From Anaerolineales bacterium (lineage in GTDB: Bacteria; Chloroflexota; Anaerolineae; Anaerolineales; E44-bin32), in assembly GCA_037382465.1 (NCBI GenBank), contig JARRPX010000005.1:6224-70223 (forward strand): a stretch of DNA of 64,000 nt, in the 5' to 3' direction. The position numbers and the translations under genes were made by a program. Each line of letters starts with the position of its first letter. The stretch's first letter is position 1. Positions 1-10,970 of the stretch are shown piece by piece. The notes beneath the pieces were generated by a model that was given only the letters and a program-made list of their open reading frames with translations, did no database searches and was not told the DNA's origin.

Positions 1-627
1 AGCCCAGGTCATGATCTTGTGTTTACTCAAATCCTGCCAGCCATCCGATACGCCGACAAAACCGGCCGAACGCTGGAGCCAGGGAACGTCAACCGCCAGC
101 GCAAGCGCCAGGTCATCCCGTCGGGCAAATAACATGGGGACGCCTTTGTAGTCGCCGACCCAGGCAGTGTTTTCCGCGCCTCGGTTGCCCAGGTGCGGAG
201 CCAATAATGCGTGGAGGTGGTAGTCTGCGAGATCGCCCACGGTGGGGATGAACTGGGTATGCTGCAAGACTACATTGCGCTTCGGGTCGGCCAGGATCTC
301 TTTGGTGATGGTGTAGCGGCCGTCCAGGCAGGTATTGGTGAGTTTGTATGCGGGCACGGCCGGAGCAAGGAAGGCAATCTCGTGGCTGCAGTGGCGCTTT
401 TCTTCAGAGAAAAAGGCGTCGCCGTCGGTAACGATCAACCCCATGTCGCGCACACAGGCGTAATCCAGGCGCGGGTAATATATTTCGTTGAAGATGCCGT
501 GGCTGAGGGTAAACCATACGCGGCTGGGTGGATTGAAAGAGGTGCCGACGCCGCTTTTGGCGCTGGAAGTCCAGCGCGGAGGAATGCCCGGACGGCCGGG
601 TGCTTTGTTTTCGTTCGATTCCGTCAT
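1..627 (-). CDS. Glucoamylase / glucan 1,4-alpha-glucosidase (GH15), N-terminal 209 codons; the 3' end runs off the window
   Basis: Absent from the ORF track because it is open at the window edge. My own translation of the minus strand from ATG 627..625 gives MTESNENKAPGRPGIPPRWTSSAKSGVGTSFNPPSRVWFTLSHGIFNEIYYPRLDYACVRDMGLIVTDG..., the conserved N-terminal signature of bacterial GH15 glucoamylases. A GAGGGAAG Shine-Dalgarno-like run lies about 9 nt upstream. Confidence 0.75.
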   Translation of the reverse strand, partial: MTESNENKAPGRPGIPPRWTSSAKSGVGTSFNPPSRVWFTLSHGIFNEIYYPRLDYACVRDMGLIVTDGDAFFSEEKRHCSHEIAFLAPAVPAYKLTNTCLDGRYTITKEILADPKRNVVLQHTQFIPTVGDLADYHLHALLAPHLGNRGAENTAWVGDYKGVPMLFARRDDLALALAVDVPWLQRSAGFVGVSDGWQDLSKHKIMTWA

Positions 628-734
628 CAATAATATCTTCCCTCGTTTATGATTCGGCCTGGTGGAGTCGACCTGAAAAAGTCCAGGGATGCCTGATACC
701 CCCGGCGCCAATTCGTTTTCGATGTCCTATCCCG

Positions 735-3113
735 TTACGCCTGCCATTTCCAGTTGCGTATCTCCGGCATATCTTCCAGGTTTTCGCGGATGTAGTATTT
801 ATGCTGGGTCAACTTTTCCTCGAAGCCGGCGATCACCTGGTTCGCTTTGTCCTCCAGCCGCGTCGTCCGCCGCAGCGCTTCGATCGCCAGGTGAAAGCGG
901 CTGAGCTGGTTGCGCACCACCATGTCGAAGGGGGTCGTGGTAGTCCCCTCTTCCATGTAGCCGCGCACGTGGAAACGAGCTGGCTGGGGACGGCCGTGTA
1001 CCAAATCGTGGATCATGCGCGGGTAACCGTGATAGGCAAAGATCACCGGCTCGTCCTCGGTAAACAGATCCAAAAACGCTTCAGGACCCATGCCGTGCGG
1101 ATGGTAGGCGGGCGGCGAAAGACTCATCACGTCCACAATGTTGACCAGGCGCACCTTCAATTCCGGGGCGTGTTTTCGCAGCAGCCAGGCCGCCGCCACC
1201 GTCTCCAACGTAGGCACGTCGCCGGCACACGCCAATATGACGTCCGGCCCCTGGCCCTCCTCGTTCCCGGCCCACGCCCAAATGCCGGCCCCCTGTGCGC
1301 AGTGATGCCTGGCCGTCTCCATATCCAACCATTGCAGATCGGGCTGCTTGCCGGCCACGATCACGTTGACGTAATTGCGGCTGCGGAGACAATGGTCCAT
1401 TACGGAAAGCAGGCTGTTGGCATCTGGAGGTAGATAGATGCGCACGACCGCGCCCTTCTTGTTGATCACGGTATCGAGGAATCCCGGTCCCTGATGGCTG
1501 TACCCATTGTGATCCTGCCGCCAGGTGTGCGAGGTCAACAAGTAATTCAGCGAGGCGATGGGATGCCGCCAGTCCAATTCCCGGGTCGTTTTGAGCCATT
1601 TGGCGTGCTGGTTGAACATCGAATCCACGATCGTCGTGAACGCTTCGTAGCAGGGGAATAAGCCATGACGGCCGGTAAGCAGGTAGCCCTCGAGCCATCC
1701 CTGGCAGAGATGTTCGCTGAGCACTTCCATCACCCGACCGTCGGGCGAAATGTGATCGTCGATGGGAATCGTTTTACCGGTGAAACAGCGGTTTGTTGCC
1801 TCGAAGACCGCATTCAGGCGGTTGGAATTCGTCTCGTCGGGGCAGAAGAGGCGGAAATCCTGATCCTCTTCATTCTTCAGAAAAACATCGCGCAGATAGC
1901 GGCCCAACACCCGCGTGGCTTCGGCGATGACCGTGCCGGGTGTGGGGACATCTACCCCGTAGCTCGTGAAATCCGGCAGATTCAAATCGATCAGCAGACG
2001 GCCGCCGTTGGCGTGGGGATTGGCGCTCATGCGTTGATTGCCCTTGGGCGGCAGATCGGCCAACTCAGGAATGAGGCGGCCTTCGTCGTCAAACAACTCC
2101 GACGGGCGATACGAACGAAGCCACGTTTCCAGCAATTCTAGATGTTCGGGATTGGTGGCGGGATCGGGGATGGGAACCTGGTGGGCGCGGAAAGTCCCTT
2201 CCAGGGGCACACCATCCAATTCCTTCGGGCATGTCCATCCCTTGGGCGTCCGCATAATGATCAAGGGCCACTTTGGTTGGCCAGAAAATCCATGCGTGCG
2301 CGCTTCCTCTTGTATGCCGCATATGTCCGCGTGACACTGATCCAGCGCGACGGCCATTGCCGGATGAACCTTCAGCGGATCGTCGCCGGCCACGAAGTAG
2401 ACTTTGTAGCCGTACCCGACAAACATCGATTCCAATTCGTCATCTTCCATGCGTCCCATCACCGTCGGACCGGAGATTTTGTAGCCGTTGAGGTGCAGGA
2501 TGGGGAGCACCGCGCCGTCTCGTACCGGATTCAGGAAGGTGATGGACTTCCAACTGCCGGCCAGTGGTCCGGTTTCCGCTTCACCGTCGCCTACCACGCA
2601 GGCCGCGATAAGGTCCGGATTGTCGAAGACCGCGCCAAAAGCGTGGGTCAGGGAGTAGCCCAATTCGCCGCCCTCGTGGATGGAGCCCGGCGTTTCCGGG
2701 CTTACGTGGCTGGGAACGCCTCCCGGCGTAGAAAATTGACGGAACAGGCGCAGCATGCCCGGCTCGTCCTGCGTGACCTTCGGGTAAACTTCGGTGTACG
2801 TTCCCTCCATGTAAGTATGCGCCAGGATGGCCGGGGCGCCGTGGCCCGGACCGATAATGTAAATGACGTTGGCAGAGGTGTCCCGGATGAGCCGGTTGAG
2901 ATGCACGTAAATCAAGCTGAGTCCGGGGCTGGTTCCCCAGTGGCCGAGTAATCGTGGTTTGATATGATCTGCACTGAGCGGTTCACGCAGCAGTGGGTTG
3001 TCCCGCAGGTAAATTTGGCCGAGCGCCAGGTAGTTGGCGGCACGCCAGTATGCATCTATTTTACTCAGACGATCTTGGGTTAAATCGGACACGTTGCCCT
3101 CCTGAAGCGTCAT
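735..3113 (-). CDS. xfp: Xylulose-5-phosphate/fructose-6-phosphate phosphoketolase
   Basis: 792-aa ORF of typical length for the family. Shows [46 protein letters not shown] and GDGEAETGP, all hallmark phosphoketolase/TPP motifs. Confidence 0.95.
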   Translation of the reverse strand: MTLQEGNVSDLTQDRLSKIDAYWRAANYLALGQIYLRDNPLLREPLSADHIKPRLLGHWGTSPGLSLIYVHLNRLIRDTSANVIYIIGPGHGAPAILAHTYMEGTYTEVYPKVTQDEPGMLRLFRQFSTPGGVPSHVSPETPGSIHEGGELGYSLTHAFGAVFDNPDLIAACVVGDGEAETGPLAGSWKSITFLNPVRDGAVLPILHLNGYKISGPTVMGRMEDDELESMFVGYGYKVYFVAGDDPLKVHPAMAVALDQCHADICGIQEEARTHGFSGQPKWPLIIMRTPKGWTCPKELDGVPLEGTFRAHQVPIPDPATNPEHLELLETWLRSYRPSELFDDEGRLIPELADLPPKGNQRMSANPHANGGRLLIDLNLPDFTSYGVDVPTPGTVIAEATRVLGRYLRDVFLKNEEDQDFRLFCPDETNSNRLNAVFEATNRCFTGKTIPIDDHISPDGRVMEVLSEHLCQGWLEGYLLTGRHGLFPCYEAFTTIVDSMFNQHAKWLKTTRELDWRHPIASLNYLLTSHTWRQDHNGYSHQGPGFLDTVINKKGAVVRIYLPPDANSLLSVMDHCLRSRNYVNVIVAGKQPDLQWLDMETARHHCAQGAGIWAWAGNEEGQGPDVILACAGDVPTLETVAAAWLLRKHAPELKVRLVNIVDVMSLSPPAYHPHGMGPEAFLDLFTEDEPVIFAYHGYPRMIHDLVHGRPQPARFHVRGYMEEGTTTTPFDMVVRNQLSRFHLAIEALRRTTRLEDKANQVIAGFEEKLTQHKYYIRENLEDMPEIRNWKWQA

Positions 3114-3188
3114 TCGAAAATTAGTTCGCGCACTGAAGGCTAGAGATTAGAGACAGGTCGGATCTCCGGTCCTCAGCCGCTGCGCATG

Positions 3189-4202
3189 TTAATCGGGTGG
3201 TACGCCTGCGCCCAAGCCGCTTTCGCGTTGGACGAGCAGATTAAAGGTGTGCCGGGCAATCATCAGGTCCTCATCTGTTTTCATGATCCGAACGGTCACC
3301 GGACTGTCTGCCGGTGATATGACCGGCTCGTTTGACTGATTGCGAAGCGGGTCTAGCTGGATACCCATAAACGCCATATCGTGACAGATGCGCTGGCGAA
3401 CGGCCGCCGCGTTCTCGCCAATGCCACCGGTAAAGATGAGCGTATCCAGGCCGCCCAGGGCGGCGGACAACGCGGCCAGAAATTTTTTCGCCTGGTAGCA
3501 GAACAGGGAAACCGCATCGGCAGCGCGTGGCTCTTGTCCTTCTTGACCCAGCAGTTCTTTCATGTCGGCGCTGATTCCCGATACACCTAAAAGGCCCGAC
3601 TGCCGGTTTAAAAGGAGGTCAAGCGCGTCGACGGACTGCTCGCGGAGGCGCATCAAATAAAGCAGGACGCCGGGATCCAGATCTCCGCAGCGCGTCCCCA
3701 TGATCAAGCCGCCAAGCGGCGTCAGTCCCATGGTGGTGTCCACACTTTGACCGTTAAGTACGGCCGTCATGCTGGCCCCTCCGCCCAAATGAGCGATGAC
3801 CAGGCGTCCTTTGGACGCCTGACTGCCGGCTTCCTTTTCCAACTCCTGCAAGATGTATTCGCAGGACAGGCCGTGAAAACCATAACGCCGCACACCTTCT
3901 CGTTCGTAGGTGTGCGGCAGGGCAAACAGGTATGCCTTTCGGGGCAAAGAGCGATGGGCTTGGTGATCGGGCAGTGGTAACCGCCGGCTGAATAAGCGCT
4001 CTCCGTTGGAATTGTGAATCTGGAAACGGCCGTCGCCTTCCCCGATCTTCTCCAGGCTGCCGGAGAAGAGGCGCATTTCATCCTGCCCCATTTGGTACAG
4101 CGCCACCTTGATGCTGGTCGAGCCGCTGTTAATGGTTAATATGTGTGCAGCACTCTTTTGCCTCATTGTATAAGACCAATTTCGTGCGAAAAGCTGGTTC
4201 AC
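3189..4202 (-). CDS. ackA: Acetate kinase homologue with an in-frame internal deletion (likely non-functional); the true start is probably Met13 at 4166
   Basis: ILTINSGSTSIKVALYQ (N-terminal ATPase motif), RRYGFHG, HLGGGASM, DTTMGLTPLGGLIMGTRCGDLDPG and FTGGIGENAA match acetate kinase. The product is about 325 aa instead of about 400 and lacks the HRVVHGG / PLAPLHNP / FDTAFH block. Confidence 0.8.
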   Translation of the reverse strand: MNQLFARNWSYTMRQKSAAHILTINSGSTSIKVALYQMGQDEMRLFSGSLEKIGEGDGRFQIHNSNGERLFSRRLPLPDHQAHRSLPRKAYLFALPHTYEREGVRRYGFHGLSCEYILQELEKEAGSQASKGRLVIAHLGGGASMTAVLNGQSVDTTMGLTPLGGLIMGTRCGDLDPGVLLYLMRLREQSVDALDLLLNRQSGLLGVSGISADMKELLGQEGQEPRAADAVSLFCYQAKKFLAALSAALGGLDTLIFTGGIGENAAAVRQRICHDMAFMGIQLDPLRNQSNEPVISPADSPVTVRIMKTDEDLMIARHTFNLLVQRESGLGAGVPPD

Positions 4203-4303
4203 GTCGGTTCAAATCGACCCGGCGCTGCGATTGCCGCCTGTGCCAAAAGGCTCGAGAGTCATGCGGCGTCCATCATAGGTGGGTGTATTTGCGCCGCGGA
4301 ATC

Positions 4304-5317
4304 CTAGCCCTTCTTCTCACGATGACCGCCAAACTCATAGCGCATGGCCGACATAATTTTGTTGGCAAATTCATCCTGCCCGCGTGAGCTAAAGCGGGCA
4401 TACAAGGCTGCGCTGATTACCGGAGCGGATACAGCTTCATCTATGGAGGCTAAAACCGTCCAGCGCCCTTCACCGGAGTCGGAAACCCGTCCTTTAAATT
4501 GGTTTAACTGGGGATCATCCAAAAGGGCGGCGGCCGTCAGGTCGAGCAGCCAGGAGCCAATAACGCTGCCTCGCCGCCACACTTCGGCCACATTTTTCAG
4601 GTCAAGGTCGTATTGGTAGTATTCCGGGTGGCGCAGCGGGGCTGTTTCGGCGTCGACATCGTGTGACTGCTGTCCGGCATTGGCTTTGTTGAGAATGTTC
4701 AGCCCTTCGGCAAGAGCGGCCATCATGCCGTATTCGATGCCGTTGTGAACCATTTTTACGAAATGGCCAGCTCCGTGCGGGCCGCAGTGGAAATAACCTT
4801 GTTCGGCCGGTGCAACGTCACTTTTCCTCCCCGGTGTGCGCACTGCCGCATCCACGCCGGGCGCCAAGGCCATGAAAATGGGATCGAGATGTTGAACGGC
4901 CGCCGCCTCCCCGCCGATCATCAGAGAATAGCCGCGCTCCAGACCCCAAACACCGCCGCTGACACCGACGTCAACGTAGTGGATACCGGTCGGTTCCAAA
5001 TTTGCGGCTCGGCGAATGTCATCGTGATAATAGGAATTGCCTCCCTCAACCACAATGTCACCGGCCTTCAGCAGAGGTTTCAGGTCTTCCAACACCTTAT
5101 CCACGACGGCGGCGGGCAGCATGAACCAGATGGCCCGCGGCGCTTCCAGTTTGTCCACCAACTCGCCCAATGATGCGGCACTGACCGCACCCTGCTTGAC
5201 CAAATCGACCGCAGCCTGGGCGTTTTGGTCATAGACCACGCAGTCGTGCCCGGCGCGCATCAGGCGGATTGTCATGTTCGCCCCCATTCGTCCTAATCCA
5301 ATCATTCCGATTTGCAT
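4304..5317 (-). CDS. gnd: 6-phosphogluconate dehydrogenase (decarboxylating), short YqeC/Gnd-like form
   Basis: MQIGMIGLGRMGANMTIRL Rossmann start, GGNSYY, HYVDVGVSGG, GAGHFVKMVHNGIEYG and SGEGRWT motifs. Length about 337 aa is typical of the short 6PGDH family. Confidence 0.9.
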   Translation of the reverse strand: MQIGMIGLGRMGANMTIRLMRAGHDCVVYDQNAQAAVDLVKQGAVSAASLGELVDKLEAPRAIWFMLPAAVVDKVLEDLKPLLKAGDIVVEGGNSYYHDDIRRAANLEPTGIHYVDVGVSGGVWGLERGYSLMIGGEAAAVQHLDPIFMALAPGVDAAVRTPGRKSDVAPAEQGYFHCGPHGAGHFVKMVHNGIEYGMMAALAEGLNILNKANAGQQSHDVDAETAPLRHPEYYQYDLDLKNVAEVWRRGSVIGSWLLDLTAAALLDDPQLNQFKGRVSDSGEGRWTVLASIDEAVSAPVISAALYARFSSRGQDEFANKIMSAMRYEFGGHREKKG

Positions 5318-5989
5318 GATGACAAGCTCCTTTTCGTTATCGATTTTGCCCGGTTTGCTGACTCCTGCGCCGGGGTTTGTGCTGCGGCAGGATCGCCCAG
5401 ATCATAATGCTTTTATACTGCGAGGTTCTCGCCCGATTCGTGTATGATGAGACGGCGGCAGGTGTGTCCCGGCCGACAATTTCATCGAAGTGCTTCGCCG
5501 ATGCTCGCAAGTTGCCACGAGCAGTTGCCTGCCAGGAAGATAAGTTATCCGCGACGAGTTTCGGGCGTAATTAAATCATACCAAAAGGACAGGACGCGCT
5601 GCTGAGAGTCTGTAGAGATTCGGTCGTGGGTGGTTGTGCATCGATCGATACTGCGAAACGGGGTCTTAGCTCGGAAGTCGCCTGCCGCCCCAGTCGAGCG
5701 CCGGGGACGGACACCGAAATGACGCTATTGAAGCTATCGACACTGCACTTTTACACCGTATCATCTTGTGGAGTGGCTGATTGATCGGCTGGCGATAAGC
5801 CGAAGAAACCTGAAATAATTGGATTACAAAAAATGTCTGATATGAGAAGATACGGAGACAAGCGCAATGGATATAGGTGAGGATATAGCGCAATTTTCGG
5901 ATATCGTTTTTCCGCGAATTTATTCTTGCTTATTTCCTGTCACGGATGTACATTTTCGGCCAGCATGGGATTGATAAAGGAGAAATACT

Positions 5990-6874
5990 ATGCACATCGG
6001 ATTACAAATTCCGTCTTTCAAGTATCCTGGCGGTACGGCCGCTATCCGGCCCAAACTGAAAGAAATCGTCACAACGGCGGAAGAATCAGGTTGTTACAGC
6101 CTCTGGGTGATGGATCATTACTATCAAATCAAGGGATTGTTCGGAGAAGCCTACACCGATCCGATGCTGGAAAGCTATACCACGCTCGGATTTTTTGCTG
6201 GCCTAACCGAGAAAGCCTATCTCGGTGTGTTGGTAACGGGCGTTATCTACCGCCATCCCTCCGTTCTGATGAAGATGGTCAACACGCTCGACATACTCTC
6301 CGGCGGCCGTGCTTATCTCGGCATCGGCGCGGCATGGTACGAAGATGAAGCAAAAGGCTTCGGCATCCCCTACCCTTCTACCTCAGAGCGCTTCGAGCAA
6401 CTGGAGGATACTTTAAGATTGGCAAAGGCGCTCTGGGATAGCGATCAGACATCCTTTGAGGGCAAGCATTTTTCTGCGCCGGCGATAACCAACAATCCCC
6501 GCCCGCTCTCAAAACCGCATCCGCGCATCATGGTGGGCGGCACGGGGCCGAAGAAGACGCTGCGAATGGTCGCGCAATATGCAGACGCCTGCAATATCGG
6601 GGATTGGGTGGGCACGGAAAACATGCAAAAAGCACTCGACATACTTAAAGAACATTGTGAAACTCTGGGACGTGATTACAACACAATCGAGAAGACATGC
6701 CTCTGCACGGTGCATCTTTCCGGGGACGATACTGCAGACAGCGTTGTAAGTCGTATCGAGGAACTCTCCGGGATGGGCTTCACGCACGCGATATTCAATA
6801 TGCCGGATGTTTACGAAATCACACCGCTCGCAACCTTTGCAAGAGAGATTATCCCGGCGGCGGCAGATCTCTAA
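5990..6874 (+). CDS. LLM-class (luciferase-like) F420-dependent oxidoreductase
   Basis: AAGGAG RBS before the ATG. Start MHIGLQIPSFKYPGG..., then SLWVMDHY, GRAYLGIGAGW-type segment (GRAYLGIGAAWYEDE) and HPRIMVGGTGPKKTLRMVAQYADACN, typical of the Rv1855c-type LLM family. Confidence 0.8.
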   Translation: MHIGLQIPSFKYPGGTAAIRPKLKEIVTTAEESGCYSLWVMDHYYQIKGLFGEAYTDPMLESYTTLGFFAGLTEKAYLGVLVTGVIYRHPSVLMKMVNTLDILSGGRAYLGIGAAWYEDEAKGFGIPYPSTSERFEQLEDTLRLAKALWDSDQTSFEGKHFSAPAITNNPRPLSKPHPRIMVGGTGPKKTLRMVAQYADACNIGDWVGTENMQKALDILKEHCETLGRDYNTIEKTCLCTVHLSGDDTADSVVSRIEELSGMGFTHAIFNMPDVYEITPLATFAREIIPAAADL

Positions 6875-7304
6875 ATAGTATAAATACTGAAGAAACGTGC
6901 AGGGTGGAAAAACCTCGTCCGGATGGATCGAGCATCAAGTTCCCCTCTATTATGTTGGGTTTTCAGCATCCTGCACCTATTCATATGGCGGATATCGTGA
7001 GACGGCCTCCGTGAAATCCGATCCGCTGGCCGAGCCGCAGACGACGACCTGTGCCTACCATGCCTTCATGCGGCTCGAGCGGGTGACCGCGCCCGGTGTC
7101 CGAAAGGTCGTGCAAGGGGAAATACTCCGTTCGCATCCATAACACAGCCAACGGCCATTTTAAGGCCTCGTTTAAGTTGTTTTTTGCAAGATTATGTAAT
7201 GTTTACACAAAAGGCAACGATAGGCTGCTGAATTTCACAACCGGCAATAATATGCTTTATAAAACGATCAAATGGACTTGGCAACAGATCCTTGCCGTGC
7301 TCGT

Positions 7305-9014
7305 CTACCCGCCGATGTAAGTATTGAAGTCCATCTTGTGATTGTGATGCAATATCTCGGTAAATCGGCGCATTTCCCCCTCGGTTTCCTGCGCAGACCA
7401 GCCCAGCACCGCTGCGCATAACTGGGCGATCTCCCGCAGGCAGTCCGGCGTGATCCGGCCCAGTACGCCCAGCATCGTCCTGCGCAGGATCAGATCGTCC
7501 AAATGGAGCACGTCCTCCTCAGCCAATACATAGCGCAGTTCCCCCACGCTGACGTCGGGGAGAGTCGCCAGCCGTTGCCCGGCATCCTTCCCCTCTGCCT
7601 CGAGCAGCGCTTCCACTTTGGTGCCGTAGCGTTCAAACAGGCGTACCAACCATTCTTGCCCTACCGGGTAGGCCTCTGCCAGTCCGGCCAGGTAGGTCTC
7701 CTTGTCCGCCGCCGTGCGCGGGATCCCTTTGCTGCCCCCGATTTCCAAATCCTCCGTGGAGATCTTGCGCACTGCCCCCAGGCGTTCCAGTGCCATGTCG
7801 GCAGCAAGCTCGGAAAACGCTCGGAATGAAGTCCACTTTCCCCCCACCAGCGAAAAAACCGGAATATCCAGCAGTTCCCCCGGCTCACATATCTGCACCT
7901 TGTGGTTGCGGCTGATCTGGCCGGTATCGCGCCGCTCAGAGTGCTGCAGCGGGCGCACGCCCGAAAAAGTGTAGACAATATGGTCGCGCTGCAAGTGGAT
8001 GTGCGGGAAAACGCGCCCGACCAGATCGAAGAAATACCGCACCTCATCTTCCGTGATGACTACGTCGTCCGGGTCGTCGACCAGAATATCGGAGGTTCCG
8101 ATCATTACTTTGTCTAACAGCGGAAAGATCAACACAATCCGTCCGTCTTTGTTCTCAAAAAAGAACTCGTTCTCGCCGATCGCCTGCCGCAGTTTTGGAT
8201 GATCCACCACCAGGTGCGAGCCTTTTGTCCCGCTGATGAAGGCGGTCCTTTGCCCCATGCGGGCGTTGACCAGATCGATCCACGGACCTGCCGCATTGAT
8301 AAGGATTTTTGGACGTAACTCGAAAATCTCTCCACTCACATCATCTCTCAGTGTGACACTCGTTTCGTGAGATGAAACCATCCCGACGTAATTGATGCTC
8401 ACCGCCCGCTCGTTCTCAGATTGGGCATCTTTCAGGACTTCAATCGCTATCCGTTCGGGGGAGTGCATGGCGCCATCGTAATAGGTGCCGGTATAGATAA
8501 CCTTGGGGTCGAGGGCAGGGAACAGGGCCAGCGATTCCTTCCGGTTGCGGAAGACATGTTTGGGCACGGTCTTCTGCTTGCGGGTATAGTAGTCGTACAA
8601 CAGCATCCCGATCTTGATTACCACCGCCCCGCGCTCGGCCGGCTTATCGAGTAAGCCCAAAAACTTGAGCGGTGCATTGAACAATCCGGAAAACAACTTG
8701 AAAATCGGGAAAGTGGTCGGCAGAGGCTTCACCATGTGAGGCATCTTCTCAAGTAACAGATTCCGTTCCCGGACAGCCTCTCGCACCAGATGGAATTCTC
8801 CGTTCTCCAGATAGCGGATACCCCCGTGCACCATGTGAGAGGAAGCCGCGCTCGCACCGCTGCAGTAATCTCCCCGATCGACCAATACGACGTCGACACC
8901 TTGCAAGGCCAAATCTCTAAAGGTACCGATACCGTTGATGCCGGCACCTATGATGAGGACGCTGACGTCGGGGTTGTTCCGCAGTATTTGCAGCCGCTCA
9001 TGTCGTGGTCGCAT
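7305..9014 (-). CDS. glpD: FAD-dependent glycerol-3-phosphate dehydrogenase
   Basis: VLIIGAGINGIGTFRDLALQG dinucleotide fold and CSGASAASSHMVHGGIRYLE motif. Sits 9 nt downstream of glpK on the same strand. Confidence 0.9.
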   Translation of the reverse strand: MRPRHERLQILRNNPDVSVLIIGAGINGIGTFRDLALQGVDVVLVDRGDYCSGASAASSHMVHGGIRYLENGEFHLVREAVRERNLLLEKMPHMVKPLPTTFPIFKLFSGLFNAPLKFLGLLDKPAERGAVVIKIGMLLYDYYTRKQKTVPKHVFRNRKESLALFPALDPKVIYTGTYYDGAMHSPERIAIEVLKDAQSENERAVSINYVGMVSSHETSVTLRDDVSGEIFELRPKILINAAGPWIDLVNARMGQRTAFISGTKGSHLVVDHPKLRQAIGENEFFFENKDGRIVLIFPLLDKVMIGTSDILVDDPDDVVITEDEVRYFFDLVGRVFPHIHLQRDHIVYTFSGVRPLQHSERRDTGQISRNHKVQICEPGELLDIPVFSLVGGKWTSFRAFSELAADMALERLGAVRKISTEDLEIGGSKGIPRTAADKETYLAGLAEAYPVGQEWLVRLFERYGTKVEALLEAEGKDAGQRLATLPDVSVGELRYVLAEEDVLHLDDLILRRTMLGVLGRITPDCLREIAQLCAAVLGWSAQETEGEMRRFTEILHHNHKMDFNTYIGG

Positions 9015-9023
9015 GATTCTTTT

Positions 9024-10529
<1,506 letters not shown>

Positions 10530-10904
10530 AATCAGTACCTTTCAATTCCCCAGATGTTACGAGCGATTCATATCCAACAGGGAATAGAAGCGGATGAAAA
10601 AGAGGTAATTCACGCTCGTCGCGAAATGGAAGTGAATCGCCTCTCGTCATATCTTCTTACGGGAGAATATTATCATCAACAAGCCAGTAGACCAATTTTC
10701 GTGTTGGATGGCTCATCGCATTCTCCTCGTCCGTTAAAATACCCCGATGCATTCGTGTACTGCTCAATTAGCGCGTTATCACTTTTTGGTTCTCACCTCC
10801 TCTGATCGTCAGGAAAGGGCTTCCGGATAAAGAACCTATCTCTCGGTGAACTCAATCCAAAATTGTTTGTGTCGATTTATACACGTTTATGCTGTCACAT
10901 AGGA

Positions 10905-10950
10905 GAGGTGGCTGAGCGGCAAATTGAAATCACCTCACTCAGCCAGCCTC
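10905..10950 (-). terminator. Stem-loop 20 nt downstream of the 10971..12743 gene (12-bp stem with one bulge, 21-nt loop); no U-tract
   Basis: gaggtggctgag (10905..10916) pairs with ctcagcca(g)cctc (10938..10950). It separates the hydrolase genes from the glpK upstream region. Confidence 0.35.
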
Positions 10951-10970
10951 GCCTTTGCTTACATCCGCCT

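Noticed and set aside
600-2951. Several 70-277-aa ORFs on both strands (600..1433 +, 1081..1698 -, 1665..2141 +, 2142..2951 +).
   Set aside because: All overlap the phosphoketolase gene or the GH15 start and are Arg/Gly/His-rich shadows. The 792-aa minus-strand frame explains the region.
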